DNA of 64,000 nt, from contig OZ024761.1 of assembly GCA_964016885.1 (NCBI GenBank), forward strand, positions 23,870,001-23,934,000, read 5' to 3'. Made by a program: the position numbers and the translations under genes. The notes beneath the pieces are model-generated. The model ran no database searches. It saw nothing but the letters and a program-made list of their open reading frames with translations, and was not told where the DNA came from. Positions 1-15,771 of this stretch are shown in pieces (positions within the stretch are counted from its first letter, which is position 1; every line of letters starts with the position of its first letter). Source of the stretch: Eledone cirrhosa. Taxonomy: Eukaryota.

Positions 1-270
1 AACTTCCAACAACTGTTGTCGCGTGTGGGACAAATCCAGTTGACTGCCGAGTCCATAGTAAGGATCAAACCGCCACCTTCCTTTAAAAACGAAAGAGAGG
101 CGGTTTTCCTCTGTATAGTGGCTATGGTGAAAGAGGTTATATGGTGGACAAGGTTGAGAGGACTGAGGACAGATGTCTTTCTCTCCGGAAAACAACTCAT
201 TCCCTTCTTTAGGTACCACTTTAGAAGGAGAATCAGAGTGGAGAGAGGTGCGCCCTTGTGGCAAATAAAG
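1..270 (+). mobile_element. L1/Tx1-like LINE ORF2 C-terminal fragment
   Basis: Open frame QQLLSRVGQIQLTAESIVRIKPPP...FLCIVAMVKEVIWWTRLRG...FFRYHFRRRIRVER; the hydrophobic-K-x-x-IW-x-x-R pattern resembles the post-zinc-finger tail of Tx1/L1 ORF2. Recognised by memory; the frame runs into microsatellite. Confidence 0.55.
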
Positions 271-295
271 AAATATATCTACATGTCTATCTGTT

Positions 296-3473
<3,178 letters not shown>

Positions 3474-3809
3474 TATACACACCGGCCCACAGAGATAGCC
3501 TCATCCCGATACACAAGTAGCTGCTGGTATACACGCACGTGTCATAACCCTCGGAGGTGCAATACTCTGACTTGACGTTAAACAGCAGTAAACAGTAATG
3601 TCGGCTGCTCGTGTCTGAATGAGCGGAACCCACTTCCAAATTATTTCCTCGTTGTTGTTTATTCCGCTGGTGGGATAATGGCGTAATTTCTGGCTTCATA
3701 ATTTATCATAGGCTTAAGGCACTCACTTGCTCACTGGTAAACCCGTTCTCCCTGCCTAGAGCTTCTAGGTTCAATCCAACCGCTTACCAACCTGAGCAAA
3801 TACCGCCTG

Positions 3810-3842
<33 letters not shown>

Positions 3843-3846
<4 letters not shown>

Positions 3847-3996
3847 AACGAGTAGGACCCGACGGCTGAGCCGTCGAAACGGCTTGAGCTCAGCCGTCGG
3901 GGTCCTACTCGTTCCTATTACCCACTCTACTACCTTAAGTATTGAGTACTTTGGTGCGTTATGGTCCACCTGGTTCCTTACTACATTTCCTTCGTT
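3843..3996 (+). mobile_element. Family A fold-back element, copy 1 (short turn-around)
   Basis: taggaacgagtaggaccc...ggggtcctactcgttccta hairpin followed by the constant tail ttacccactctactac...ttccttcgtt; both ends in (TA)n. Confidence 0.9.
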
Positions 3997-4108
3997 ATAT
4001 ATATATAGTAATAATAATAAATTTGAAGACTAAAATCCAATGAGGGCTCGAAAAGGATAAATATATATCAAATATATAAGAACCGTAGAGCAAATATTTA
4101 TTAAAATA

Positions 4109-4166
<58 letters not shown>

Positions 4167-4340
4167 ATACATTAACAGAGAAAGCTTTAAGCAATACTCC
4201 GACCGGCTTCCGTCTCACTCAACAAACATTAGGATATACCTTAGTATAATCTCAATTATACGTTTGGGGTGCTAACTATACGTATTTTGCGGATAGCCAG
4301 TTGTATTATTTTATATGAGACATAATTAAAATAGATCTCC

Positions 4341-4402
<62 letters not shown>

Positions 4403-4403
<1 letters not shown>

Positions 4404-4684
4404 TAAACGGAATAGAAAATGCTGACAAATTGTTCACAGTTGAAAAATGGTTTAATTAGGAATAAAAGAGTATTAGTGATTGTATGGGTTAGTATTCAGT
4501 TGTGGTTTTAAGTTTTTAAGTTTAAAAACTTAAAAACTTAAAACCACAACTGAATACTAACCCATACAATCACTAATACTCTTTTATTCCTAATTAAACC
4601 ATTTTTCAACTGTGAACAATTTGTTAGCATTTTCTATTCCGTTTACGAATATATAATAACTTGTGTGTTACACCTCTATTCTTT

Positions 4685-4688
<4 letters not shown>
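4403..4688 (+). mobile_element. Fold-back element: ~120-bp-arm palindrome (4403-4646) plus unique tail, within (TA)n
   Basis: gtaaacggaatagaaaatgc...aagttt / aaactt...gcattttctattccgtttac is near perfect; the tail runs to 4688, then (TA)n. Confidence 0.8.
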
Positions 4689-4747
<59 letters not shown>

Positions 4748-4952
4748 ATATTTGGGGAGGGTCATATTTGCGTAATATTGCCAGAATTAATAACAGAACA
4801 CACTCACTGTTTGGTTGGTTTTCGCTTCTCGCTGTCTTTTATATATATATATCTGCGATCTAACTTACTCGGTCCTCAATGTTGCCATTGACTGACCGGC
4901 GGTCAAAAATAATACAGATACAATATAGACAAACACATATATATATAGTTTA

Positions 4953-4990
4953 CATAAATCTTTCGTTGCACATCTGCAACATCGTCAGTG
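4953..4990 (-). ncRNA. Hammerhead ribozyme-like motif (weak stem I)
   Basis: Minus strand: CTGACGA T GTTGCA-GATG-TGCAAC GAAA GATT TA; perfect 6-bp stem II, stem I only about 2 bp. Confidence 0.6.
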
Positions 4991-5130
4991 GTGTTATATT
5001 CATTGTTCCTCCTGTTGTGTTGTATGTCTACGCCATTTTTTTTGTTCAGTCTCTTGCGTTTCGCTAATTTCTACCCGCCGAAATGCGATTCTCGCTAAAT
5101 TTATATTTATATATATATATATATATATAT

Positions 5131-5339
5131 AAATATAAATTTAGCGAGAATCGCATTTCGGCGGGTAGAAATTAGCGAAACGCAAGTTCCATATTGTGCA
5201 GACAAGCGCTCCATGGATATGAAGAAGATACCAGAGCTATAAACATAAGTTAAAATGGCCATACACGCTGAGATGATGGTTAAGAAGCCATTAACCACCA
5301 TAGCCAAAAAGCGAACAAGCTAAACGGGTCAAACAAAAT

Positions 5340-5340
<1 letters not shown>
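5131..5340. mobile_element. Family G interspersed repeat, copy 1
   Basis: Colinear with 24211-24420 and 34725-34845 (agcgaga..tcg.atttcggc...gcgaaacgcaa...caagcg.tccatgga...ccagagc); flanked by (TA)n. Confidence 0.75.
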
Positions 5341-5375
<35 letters not shown>

Positions 5376-5520
5376 TAACTTTATATATATATATATATAT
5401 ATATATTAAAATAACATTAAAGTTTAAGCAAAGAATCGCTGCTTTCACCCTAAACGGGATCTTCTGAAACTAAAAAAATCAGTCTGTGAACGCAGAAGTA
5501 AATATTTCAAAAATAATAAT

Positions 5521-5705
5521 TGTTTCTACTTTAGGCACAAGGGGTCAGCAATTATCCCAGTGTATTACTGGTACTTTATTTTATCGATCCCGTAAGAATG
5601 AAAGGGAAAGTTAACCCCGGCGGGATTTGAACTCAGACCATAAAGGGCCGTAACTCTTTGCTGCAAAGCATGGCGTCCGACCCTCTACCGATACTGCCAA
5701 TCCAC
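5521..5705 (-). mobile_element. Octopus-type tRNA-derived SINE
   Basis: Reverse complement reads gtggattggcagtatcggtag (A-box) ... gagttcaaatccc (B-box) ... tttcattcttacgggatcgataaaataaagtaccag ... aaagtagaaac. Confidence 0.9.
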
Positions 5706-5714
5706 AAAATAATA

Positions 5715-5890
5715 GTTTCTACTTTAGGCACAATGCCAGCAATTATCCGAGTACATTACTGGTACTTTATTTTATCGACTCCGTAAGGATGAAAGGCAAA
5801 GTCAACCTCGACGGGATTTGAACTCAGACCATAAAGGGATGTAACTATGCTAGAAAGCATGGCGTCCGACCCTCTACCGATACTGCCAAT
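5715..5890 (-). mobile_element. Octopus-type tRNA-derived SINE (tandem second copy)
   Basis: Same consensus, directly adjacent to the previous copy. Confidence 0.9.
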
Positions 5891-6062
5891 TTAGATAATA
5901 ATAAAAGGACAATTTGTTATGGCTTCATTACGCTTATTGAGTAGTGAGCTTTTGATTCCAGAATCGGGCTAGATCGATACAGATCGAACCTTGAGCTGAT
6001 CAATAGTGAAAAGCGCGTCACTACTCAATAAACATAATGAAGACATAACAAATCGTCCTTTT

Positions 6063-6241
6063 GTGGATTGGCAGTATCGGTAGAGGGTCGGACGCCATGC
6101 TTTCTAGCATAGTTACGTCCCTTTACAGTCTGAGTTCAAATCCCGTCGACGTTAACTTTGCCTTTCATCCTTACGGGGTCGATAAAATAAAGTACCAGTA
6201 ATGCACTGGGTAATTGCTGGTCTTGTGTCTAAAGTAGAAAC
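6063..6241 (+). mobile_element. Octopus-type tRNA-derived SINE
   Basis: gtggattggcagtatcggtagagggtcggacgccatgc...ctgagttcaaatccc...aaagtagaaac. Confidence 0.9.
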
Positions 6242-6368
6242 AATTATTGTAATTACATTCTGCTTAGTTCTATACCTCGTTACCGCACGGAAACTACGCA
6301 TTGAGTGCTCGTTCGGGTGAACCTCTAGTAACTGGATGTTACATTCTCCCCCCCCCCCCCCCCCTCCC

Positions 6369-6434
<66 letters not shown>

Positions 6435-6436
6435 AT

Positions 6437-6619
6437 AACGAAGGAAATGTGGTAAGGAACCAGGTGGACCATAACGCACCTAAGTACTCAATACTTAGGG
6501 TAGTAGAGTGGGTAATAGGAATAAGTATGACCCCGACGGCAGAGCTCACGCCGTTTCGACGGCTAGTCCAGATTAACCGTCGAAACGGCTTGAGCTCTGC
6601 CGTCGGGGTCATACTTGTT

Positions 6620-6623
<4 letters not shown>
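6437..6623 (-). mobile_element. Family A fold-back element, copy 2
   Basis: aacgaaggaaatgtggtaaggaacc tail plus taggaataagtatgacccc...ggggtcatacttgttccta hairpin, in (TA)n. Confidence 0.9.
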
Positions 6624-6666
<43 letters not shown>

Positions 6667-6793
6667 CAGAATAAATGTAGTAAAACCCAGTTAGACCATT
6701 ACCACCACCACCATATATTATGTATATATCTATATATATATACATGTACACACATACACACACACATATATATACATATATATATATATATCA

Positions 6794-6847
<54 letters not shown>

Positions 6848-6976
6848 TGATTAAAATAACAGGAGGCTGGACTGGTGATGTTCCTTTAAAGTTTTATAAA
6901 ACATACACACACACACACACTGACACACAGAGACACACACACACAGACACACACACCACACACACAGAGGCACACA

Positions 6977-7072
<96 letters not shown>

Positions 7073-7123
7073 TATGTAAGATCCCGACCGCGGTGCCAAG
7101 TGGTTTCGGTTTGAGTAGATATA

Positions 7124-7242
<119 letters not shown>

Positions 7243-7323
7243 GTATATATATATATGTATATATATATATATGTATATATATATATGTATATATATATAT
7301 GTATATATATATATGTATATATA

Positions 7324-7374
<51 letters not shown>

Positions 7375-7545
7375 GTACATATATATCCAATTATATATGC
7401 ATATATAATATATAAGAACATATATATGTACACACATACATATGTACAAATATATATATATATGTATATATACACCCACACCCACACACACACGCACACA
7501 CACACACACCCACACCCACACACACACACACACACGCACACGCAC

Positions 7546-7592
<47 letters not shown>

Positions 7593-8118
7593 CACACACG
7601 ACGTGTTACTGCAGTTTCCGCCTACCACACCCCATCTGAAGGTGTTAATCCAACTAACCGTCAAATAGCAATTAATTTACAATTAATATCTTAAGTACGT
7701 CAATCGATACATCAGCACCTACCTGATTTATCTAAATTAATGTCATTGGTTCATTTGAGTTATGTCCCTTAGCTCTCTTTATCTCGCTTTATATTAACAC
7801 TGTTGTTGTAGTTAATGAGTTTGTGAGCCAACAACAATGTTGGTTTAGCTCCGCCCATTTTTATGCTAATTTAATTCCCCAACTGTCAACATTCAATCAA
7901 CGCCTCTCACTAATGACAGCTTATTTCCCCCCTCCCCCTCGCCTTTCATTATCTTCTCTTACTCTCTCTCCCCCTCTCTCTCTGACTATCAGTTTGTCAG
8001 TTTACATCTCTCTCTCTAAGCTAGTTTCTCTCTCTCTCTCTCTCTCTCACTCTCTCTCTCTCTCCCCCTCTCTCTCTGACTATCAGTTTGTCAGTTTATA
8101 TCTCTCTCTCTAAGCTAG

Positions 8119-8160
<42 letters not shown>

Positions 8161-8663
8161 ATCTCTATCTTTCCCATCTGTCTATCTATCTTCCCTCTTG
8201 CTGTCTCTCTCTCTATCTCCCCCCTCTCTCGGTGTCTATCTACTCCCTCTCTCTCTGTCTATCTCTCCCTCTCTCTCTCTGTCTATCTCCCCCATCCCCT
8301 CTCTCTGTCTATCTGTCCCCCTCTCTCTGTCTATCTGTCCCCTCTTTCTCTGTCTATCTGTCTCCCCTCTCTATGTGTGTCTATCTTCCCCCTCTCTCTC
8401 TGTCTATCTGTCCCCCCTCTCACTTCCACTCCCACCCCCTCTCTCCGTTTCACTTCCACCCTCTCCTCACTCACACCCCTCTCTCTCTCCGTCTCACTTC
8501 CACCCTCTCCCTCTCTCTCTCTCTCCCTCCTGTCCCCCCTCTCTCTTCCACCCCCTCTCCTTCTCCCCATCTCTGTTGCCCCCTCTCCGCCCCTTCCCCC
8601 CAAACCGAACCTAGAGATAGAACTCGGAACCAAATTGTTTAGAAGCCATCACAATTGAAGCTA

Positions 8664-8750
<87 letters not shown>

Positions 8751-8768
8751 CGTGTGTGTATGTATATA

Positions 8769-8800
<32 letters not shown>

Positions 8801-8801
<1 letters not shown>

Positions 8802-8890
8802 TAACTTTGCCTTTCATCCTTACGGGGTCGATAAAATAAAGTACCAGTAATACCCTGGTTGATTGCTGGCCTTGTGCCAAAAGTAGAAAC
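8801..8890 (+). mobile_element. SINE 3' fragment
   Basis: ttaactttgcctttcatccttacggggtcgataaaataaagtaccag...aagtagaaac. Confidence 0.85.
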
Positions 8891-8893
8891 AAT

Positions 8894-8945
<52 letters not shown>

Positions 8946-9067
8946 TGTATATATTTATATATATATAAATAGGTATGTATATATATGTATATGAATATAT
9001 ATATATATTTATATATATATGTATCTGTATGTATATAGGTATTTATATGGATATATATATATATATA

Positions 9068-9116
<49 letters not shown>

Positions 9117-9193
9117 TATCTGTCTGTCTCTCTTTCTCTTACCCTCCCTCTCTCTCTATACATATATCTGTCTCTCTCTGTATATATATACAG

Positions 9194-9230
<37 letters not shown>

Positions 9231-9674
9231 GTCTCTCTCTCTCTCTCTCTCTGTATATATATATATCTATCTGTCTCTCTCTCTCTCTGTATATATGTTT
9301 ATATATATCTCAATACAATCATTACATCTCACTTCCGCCCCATAACACTACCCCATCCCCTTATTAGCATATTAATAGCGGCAAGCCACGCCCCTCTCCT
9401 TCTGCCACTGCCACCACCATCTCCTCCCCCCAACTGTGGTAAGAGGCTACCGTTACGGCAGGCAAGTAAGATGGCAGTCATTAGCAATGGGGCGTTACTA
9501 GAGAATGACGTTTGTATGACGTTGCATGTCATTAAAGTGGTAGGAGGGAGATAAGGCCACGCCCAGTATTTGGTATGTGAGGAGGAGAAGGTGGAGGAGG
9601 AGGTGATTGAGCTGTAGTTAAACGGAAAGATTGCAGCGTGTAAATAGCCAATAAAGGAGCTATTAACACGGGCA

Positions 9675-10160
9675 GCACACACACACACTGACTGACACGG
9701 ACACACACACACACATACACACACACTGACTGACACACACACACACACACACACACACACTGACAAACACACACACACACTGACACACACACACACACAC
9801 ACACACATACACACACACTGACAAACACACACACACTGACACGGACACACACACACACATACACATACACACACACTGACAAACACACACACACTGACAC
9901 GGACACACAAACACACATACACACATACTGACAAACACACACACACTGACACGGACACACACACACACATACACACACACTGACAGACACACATACACGC
10001 ACACACACATTCTTGTACACACACACACTGACACGGACACACACACACACTGACACGGACACACACACACTGACACGGACACACACACACTGACACGGAC
10101 ACACACACACACACTCACTGATACGGACAGACACACACATGTACACACACGCTGACACGG
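9675..10160. repeat. (CA)n-derived minisatellite with ctgacacgga/ctgacaaa interruptions
   Basis: Recurrent ctgacacggacacacac units. Confidence 0.85.
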
Positions 10161-10540
10161 ACACACATACATACACATACACACACATAGAGGCACACAC
10201 ACACTCACAAACACATATAGAAGCACACACACACTCACACATACATACATACGCACATACACGCATAGGCACACACGCAGGTACATACATTACACCACAT
10301 ACGCACACACACAGACATACACGCGCATATAGGTAGACACGTATATATTTGCACTCACACACATGTATTTATTTTAACACACTTGCATACACATACATAG
10401 GCAAACACAAAGACACACACACACACACACGCACACACGCAAGTACACAAACATAGGTACATACACATACACATGCACACGCACACACATACATATATAT
10501 GCACACACACAAATGCATACGCAAGTATATATATATATAT

Positions 10541-10676
10541 AACGAAGGAATTGTGGTAAGGAACCAGGTGGACCATAACGACACCAGAGTACTCAATACT
10601 TAGGGTAGTAGAGTGGGTAATAGGAGAAAGTATGACCCCGACGGCAGAGCTCAAGCCGTTGGGGGTCATACTTTCT

Positions 10677-10680
<4 letters not shown>
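10541..10680 (-). mobile_element. Family A copy 3 (turn-around inside the gacggc-gagctc-gccg hairpin)
   Basis: Tail plus taggagaaagtatgacccc...ggggtcatactttctccta. Confidence 0.9.
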
Positions 10681-10711
<31 letters not shown>

Positions 10712-10945
10712 GCTGTGTATATATTTATATGCATTAAACACACACACACATGCATGCAAAACCTGCACACATACAAATACATAGGGATGTATACATTTAA
10801 AAGATTATATACATGTGTGTGTGTGTGTGTGTGTGTTTCTCTGTGTGTGTGTGTGTGTGTCTGTGTGTGTCTGTGTGTGTGTGTGTGCGCGTGTGCGCGT
10901 GTGTGTGTGTGTGTGTGTGTGTGCGAGTATGTCTGTGTGTGTTTC

Positions 10946-10992
<47 letters not shown>

Positions 10993-10993
<1 letters not shown>

Positions 10994-11175
10994 AGTCCCG
11001 GGTTCAATCTGGGTTAACAACAGTAAGTAAGGTACTCAATACATTGGTCGAGTGTAAAATATCAAGTTTAATATAGAAATGACTACAGGACTAGAACTGT
11101 TTCATTCAAAAAAATGACTTGTTTTAAATGAAACAGTCCTAGTCCTGTATAAGCCATCTCGATATTAAACTTGAT
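10993..11175 (-). mobile_element. Family H fold-back element with HHR 3' half
   Basis: Palindrome atcaagtttaatat...atattaaacttgat (11061-11175) containing GAAA CAG-tcctagtc-CTG TA; tail homologous to 51800-51855 and 54745-54800. Confidence 0.75.
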
Positions 11176-11213
11176 ATATATATGTATATGTATATGTATA
11201 TATGTGTGTGTGC

Positions 11214-11279
<66 letters not shown>

Positions 11280-11319
11280 GTATGGATATATATATATATA
11301 TATATATGAATGTATATAT

Positions 11320-11361
<42 letters not shown>

Positions 11362-11366
11362 TTACA

Positions 11367-11413
<47 letters not shown>

Positions 11414-11565
11414 GCATGTATGTATATATATATGTGTATGTATGTATATATAAATATGCATATATATGTATATATATATATATATGTGCATATATATGTA
11501 TGTGTATATATATGTATATATATATATATATATGTATGTATATATATATATATATATATATATGT

Positions 11566-11651
<86 letters not shown>

Positions 11652-11699
11652 ATGTTGTGTATATGCGTATGTGTATATATATATATATATAGGTAGATC

Positions 11700-11830
11700 T
11701 GTTAAAAAAGATTAGTTCCCAACCACGAAATTCCAGGATCGAATCTGCTTCGAGCTAGGCTGCAGACAAGTGTTTTCTATAATTTCATGCAAATAAAAGT
11801 AGGTAGGCAGGAACTACGTGGAAGGCCGTA
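11700..11830 (+). mobile_element. Degenerate old SINE
   Basis: ttcccaaccacg...ccaggatcgaatc (B-box-like)...caagtgttttcta...ggaactacgtggaaggccgta resembles an abundant octopus SINE. Confidence 0.4.
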
Positions 11831-12037
11831 CGGTGCTGTGTACCTATAGTTCAAGATGCCCACTGGGTGCACACTGTACATGGCTGAAAGTGTCTAGCGG
11901 TCAAATTATAAATGATACCGCCGTACAAAGCTGGTATGAGAGCCAGACTAGTTGTGATATATACTTCCACATTTCAAAATAATCATTAAATATTTTAGTA
12001 ACCCGTGTTAAAATATGTATGTTTATATATATATATA

Positions 12038-12251
12038 TAGGAACCAGTAAGACCCCGACAGCTGAGCTCAAGCCGTTTCGACGGCTAATTCTGGACTAAA
12101 TGGTCCAGAATTTTAGTCCAGAATTAGCCGTCGAAACGGCTTGAGCTCAGCTGTCGGGGTCTTACTGGTTCCTATTACCCACTCTACTACCTCAAGTATT
12201 GAGTACTTTGGTGCGTTATGGTCCACCTGGTTCCTTACCACATTTCCTTCG

Positions 12252-12253
<2 letters not shown>
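12038..12253 (+). mobile_element. Family A copy 4 (long hairpin)
   Basis: taggaaccagtaagacccc...ctggactaaa-loop-tttagtccag...ggggtcttactggttccta plus tail. Confidence 0.92.
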
Positions 12254-12297
<44 letters not shown>

Positions 12298-12355
12298 TTG
12301 TGTGTGTGTGGGGGGTGGGGTGGGGGGGCGATGATGTATATTTATATAAATATGA

Positions 12356-12417
<62 letters not shown>

Positions 12418-12422
<5 letters not shown>

Positions 12423-12501
12423 AAGTTATATTTAAAATTGTTGGGTTACAACTAGTAAATATTTATAACTGATATAAAAGCACTCGACAAATATTTGGAG
12501 T
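12418..12501 (-). mobile_element. Family D tail fragment
   Basis: Reverse complement of the 39778-39862 tail (tactccaaa..ttgtcgagtgcttt.atatcagttata...cccaacaattttaaata). Confidence 0.75.
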
Positions 12502-12529
12502 ATATATATATATATGTATATATATGTAT

Positions 12530-12739
12530 GTAAAAGGTAAACAGAAATAACGACACAATCGGTACAGTATATGGAAGGTATATATTAGGTTAACGCTTGA
12601 TATAGCAGGAAGAGGGTCTTAACGTTTCGGACGTTAGTCCTTCATCAGAAGAAAGAATGAGAGATAAAATAGATTGAGGGGACGGGCGGGATGGAATTGG
12701 AAAAAAATGTCATTAGATAAAAATATCAGGTCCATTCAT
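12530..12739 (-). mobile_element. Family B element (HHR-bearing PLE-like end)
   Basis: Homologous to 29157-29359 and to the stub at 13400-13434; flanked by TA repeats. Confidence 0.8.
12617..12652 (-). ncRNA. Minimal type I hammerhead ribozyme
   Basis: Minus strand: TCTT CTGATGA A GGAC-TAAC-GTCC GAAA CG TT AAGA; stem I TCTT/AAGA, palindromic AACGTT stem III, GUU triplet. Confidence 0.8.
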
Positions 12740-12783
12740 ATATGCATATATATCTATATATGCATATATATGTATATAAATAT

Positions 12784-12920
12784 AACAAAGGAATTGTGGT
12801 AAGGAACCAGATGGACCATAACGCACCAGAGTACTCAATACTTAGGGTAGTAGAGTGGGAAATAGGAAACTATAACCCCGACGGCAGAGCTCAAGCCGTT
12901 TCGACGGCTATTTCTGGACT
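12784..12920 (-). mobile_element. Family A copy 5 (simple truncation, no inverted arm)
   Basis: Tail plus a single arm ending ctggact. Confidence 0.88.
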
Positions 12921-12949
12921 GTATATAAATATATATATATATGTATATG

Positions 12950-13025
<76 letters not shown>

Positions 13026-13057
13026 GTATATAAATATATATGTATATATATATATAT

Positions 13058-13202
13058 GTAGGAGGTGAGTTTTATTGTAGTACAATAAAGCAATGCAGAT
13101 ATCGGATAAGAAGCACTCTACAGTTTGTAGGACTGGAGTATACATAATATTGAAATGCGCATAATAAAATACATGGAACTCTTTTAACCATCTTTTGTTC
13201 TT
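13058..13202 (+). mobile_element. Family E copy lacking the internal segment
   Basis: Same two ends as 40003-40280; retains only GAAA TGCGCA TA ATAAAATA of the HHR. Confidence 0.8.
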
Positions 13203-13208
13203 ATATAT

Positions 13209-13239
<31 letters not shown>

Positions 13240-13256
13240 ATGCATATAAATAAATA

Positions 13257-13308
<52 letters not shown>

Positions 13309-13346
13309 TATATATATGTATATGTGTATATATATAAATATATATG

Positions 13347-13402
<56 letters not shown>

Positions 13403-13561
13403 AAAGGTAAACAGAAATAAGAACACAATCGGTACACACACACATATATATGCATATATATATATATATATGCATATATATATATATATATGCATATATA
13501 TATATATATATATGCATATATATATATGCATTTATTTGTACATATATTTATATATATATAC

Positions 13562-13636
<75 letters not shown>

Positions 13637-13725
13637 TATGTACATATGTACATATATAGTGTACGACAACCACAGAGATACAAAATCACAAATTCTTATT
13701 AGTTTCACGCTTGTGAATGACGATT

Positions 13726-13770
<45 letters not shown>

Positions 13771-13772
13771 CA

Positions 13773-13815
13773 TACAGTGTGTCCCAAAAATGTATACACA
13801 CTTCAACAACATTCC
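13773..13815. mobile_element. Tc1/mariner-like TIR fragment
   Basis: ta-cagtgtgtcccaaaaatgtatacacactt resembles mariner-type termini. Confidence 0.45.
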
Positions 13816-13827
13816 AATGAAAGTGTG

Positions 13828-13871
<44 letters not shown>

Positions 13872-13900
13872 CGTATATATATGTATGTATGTATAATAAA

Positions 13901-13957
13901 TGTTTCTACTTTTGGCCAGCAATTATCTGAGTGCATTACTGGTACTGTATTTTATCG
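13901..13957 (-). mobile_element. SINE 3' fragment
   Basis: tgtttctactt...gtgcattactggtactgtattttatcga. Confidence 0.75.
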
Positions 13958-14146
13958 AATGCATATACACGCCAATCTCTCCCCCCCCATCTCCCCCTCT
14001 CCCCCTCTTCCCCCTCTCTCTCTCTATATATATAAAGACTAAGAAGCACCAAAGAGTCAACATGCTGTAAAACTAACAATTGTCGGTAGAAGCTTCACTT
14101 AAAAAATTATCTAAATTTCCTCATGTTTTTATCCTGCAATCATAGG

Positions 14147-14186
<40 letters not shown>

Positions 14187-14254
14187 AATATATATATATA
14201 AATTAATAAAGACAATGAAATAAAAACAATGAACAGGGTCCTTATATTGAAAAA

Positions 14255-14401
14255 TTCATCATTTTACGATCGTTTCTGGGATATATGTGTGTGTGTGTTG
14301 GTATGTATTTCATGTTAAAGATCTATGTAAAAAAATATTACAAATTATCAGAGGAGATATATATACCTTCACCTATACATGCAATCTTCAGAAATGATGA
14401 A
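14255..14401 (-). ncRNA. Type I hammerhead with ~110-nt domain II (family C)
   Basis: Minus strand: TTCATCATTT CTGAAGA [~108 nt] GAAA CGATCG TA AAATGATGAA; 10-bp stem I, GUA triplet. Confidence 0.75.
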
Positions 14402-14671
14402 GTATGATTATTGAAAGAAACAAAGTATTAATATATATATATATATATATACACACATAAATAAAACCTTTGTTGCCTATTGCCCTAATCAGTCTACAAC
14501 CCAGCAATCGCCCTAAACCAAACAACTCTAACCTGCACACCTGACTCGGATGGAACCAATCCGTCACCAACCACCCACCAACCCACCACCCTACAAATTC
14601 GGTAAACCAAACGATCTGGTCACAGCCTAATGATTGACACTCGTATAAGGATATACAAAAAAACAAAAAAA

Positions 14672-14790
14672 CAGTGTACCCCCCGGCATTCGAGGTCCCG
14701 GTTATTCGCGGATTTTTCTTTAGAACCTAACTAATAGTTGTTTGTGGAAAACCACGGCATATTCGCGGAAATGTAGTTATCTTCGGTTAA
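14672..14790 (+). mobile_element. Tigger/pogo-like MITE, left part
   Basis: cagtgtaccccccggcattcg...tagaacctaactaata...catattcgcggaa; homologous to 15772 and 55841. Confidence 0.65.
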
Positions 14791-14922
14791 AGTAGTCTAT
14801 AACGAGGTTTCAGCATACAGTGGTGGTTGATTATACAAGATGTTTACTTCAGGGGGTCGTAGGGTTGTCCTTTCATAGTTCCCTAATCTTTGGAGTAGTT
14901 ACTATACATATATATATATACA

Positions 14923-14968
<46 letters not shown>

Positions 14969-15546
14969 AGTAGTTACTATATATATATACTTCTTGTAAT
15001 ATTATCTCCTAGACTTAATGATTAATTGATTAATTTAATTAGACAATTCTATTGATTAGTTAATTGTTTATGTTTGTTTAATAACATCTAGTTGAGAGCT
15101 ATTATTCGGTTTGTGTAAAGGATTTAAATCCTTTGTTGAAATTTTGAATTTATCGCCAAAACTGGGGGTTACCTCCCTTCGGATAAACCACGTGACTACT
15201 GGCAGTGTTTACTACTAGTTCTTACAACCGCCAGCGGCAGAACGGATACTTGTTGACGAAGTAAATTCCACTGTTCTATCTTGCAGGCCCCTGCAAATAG
15301 ATTTTGTTGATTTCGGATTTATAGAAACCTAGTGGAGATGTTATATAATATTATGTAAGTCGTTTTTTTTTCGTTGTTCCGGTCCTAGCGGCTCGCATTT
15401 TGGTCTCTGTCTTCAATTTGCATAGCTGTCTAATGTAATGTTATAACTCTAAGGTAAAATTTCTTGTTGAGTGCTTTTGGCTGTACTTACCGACTGCATT
15501 CGTTAGCTTGCCCGCAACCAGAGCTTCGATTATGCTGTACTACCTT

Positions 15547-15589
<43 letters not shown>

Positions 15590-15771
15590 GAAGTTAATAT
15601 GCCCGTGGGTACTAAATACCCCTGGAAATATATAGGTTGTCTATGATTTAAGGTTAAGGGCCAAAAGAATAGGTAAATATTTAAATTATATTTTTTAATT
15701 TATTTTAAAAAATTGGTTGAATTTTGCTTGTTCTGCTTATCTTAATATATATATATATATATATATATATA

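Noticed and set aside
3843-3996. Family A as a classical TA-TSD MITE
   Set aside because: The inverted repeat is not terminal (one end is a unique tail), and arm length varies or the arm is absent.
15288-15354. AG...GTAAGT exon-like segment
   Set aside because: Stop codons in all three frames.
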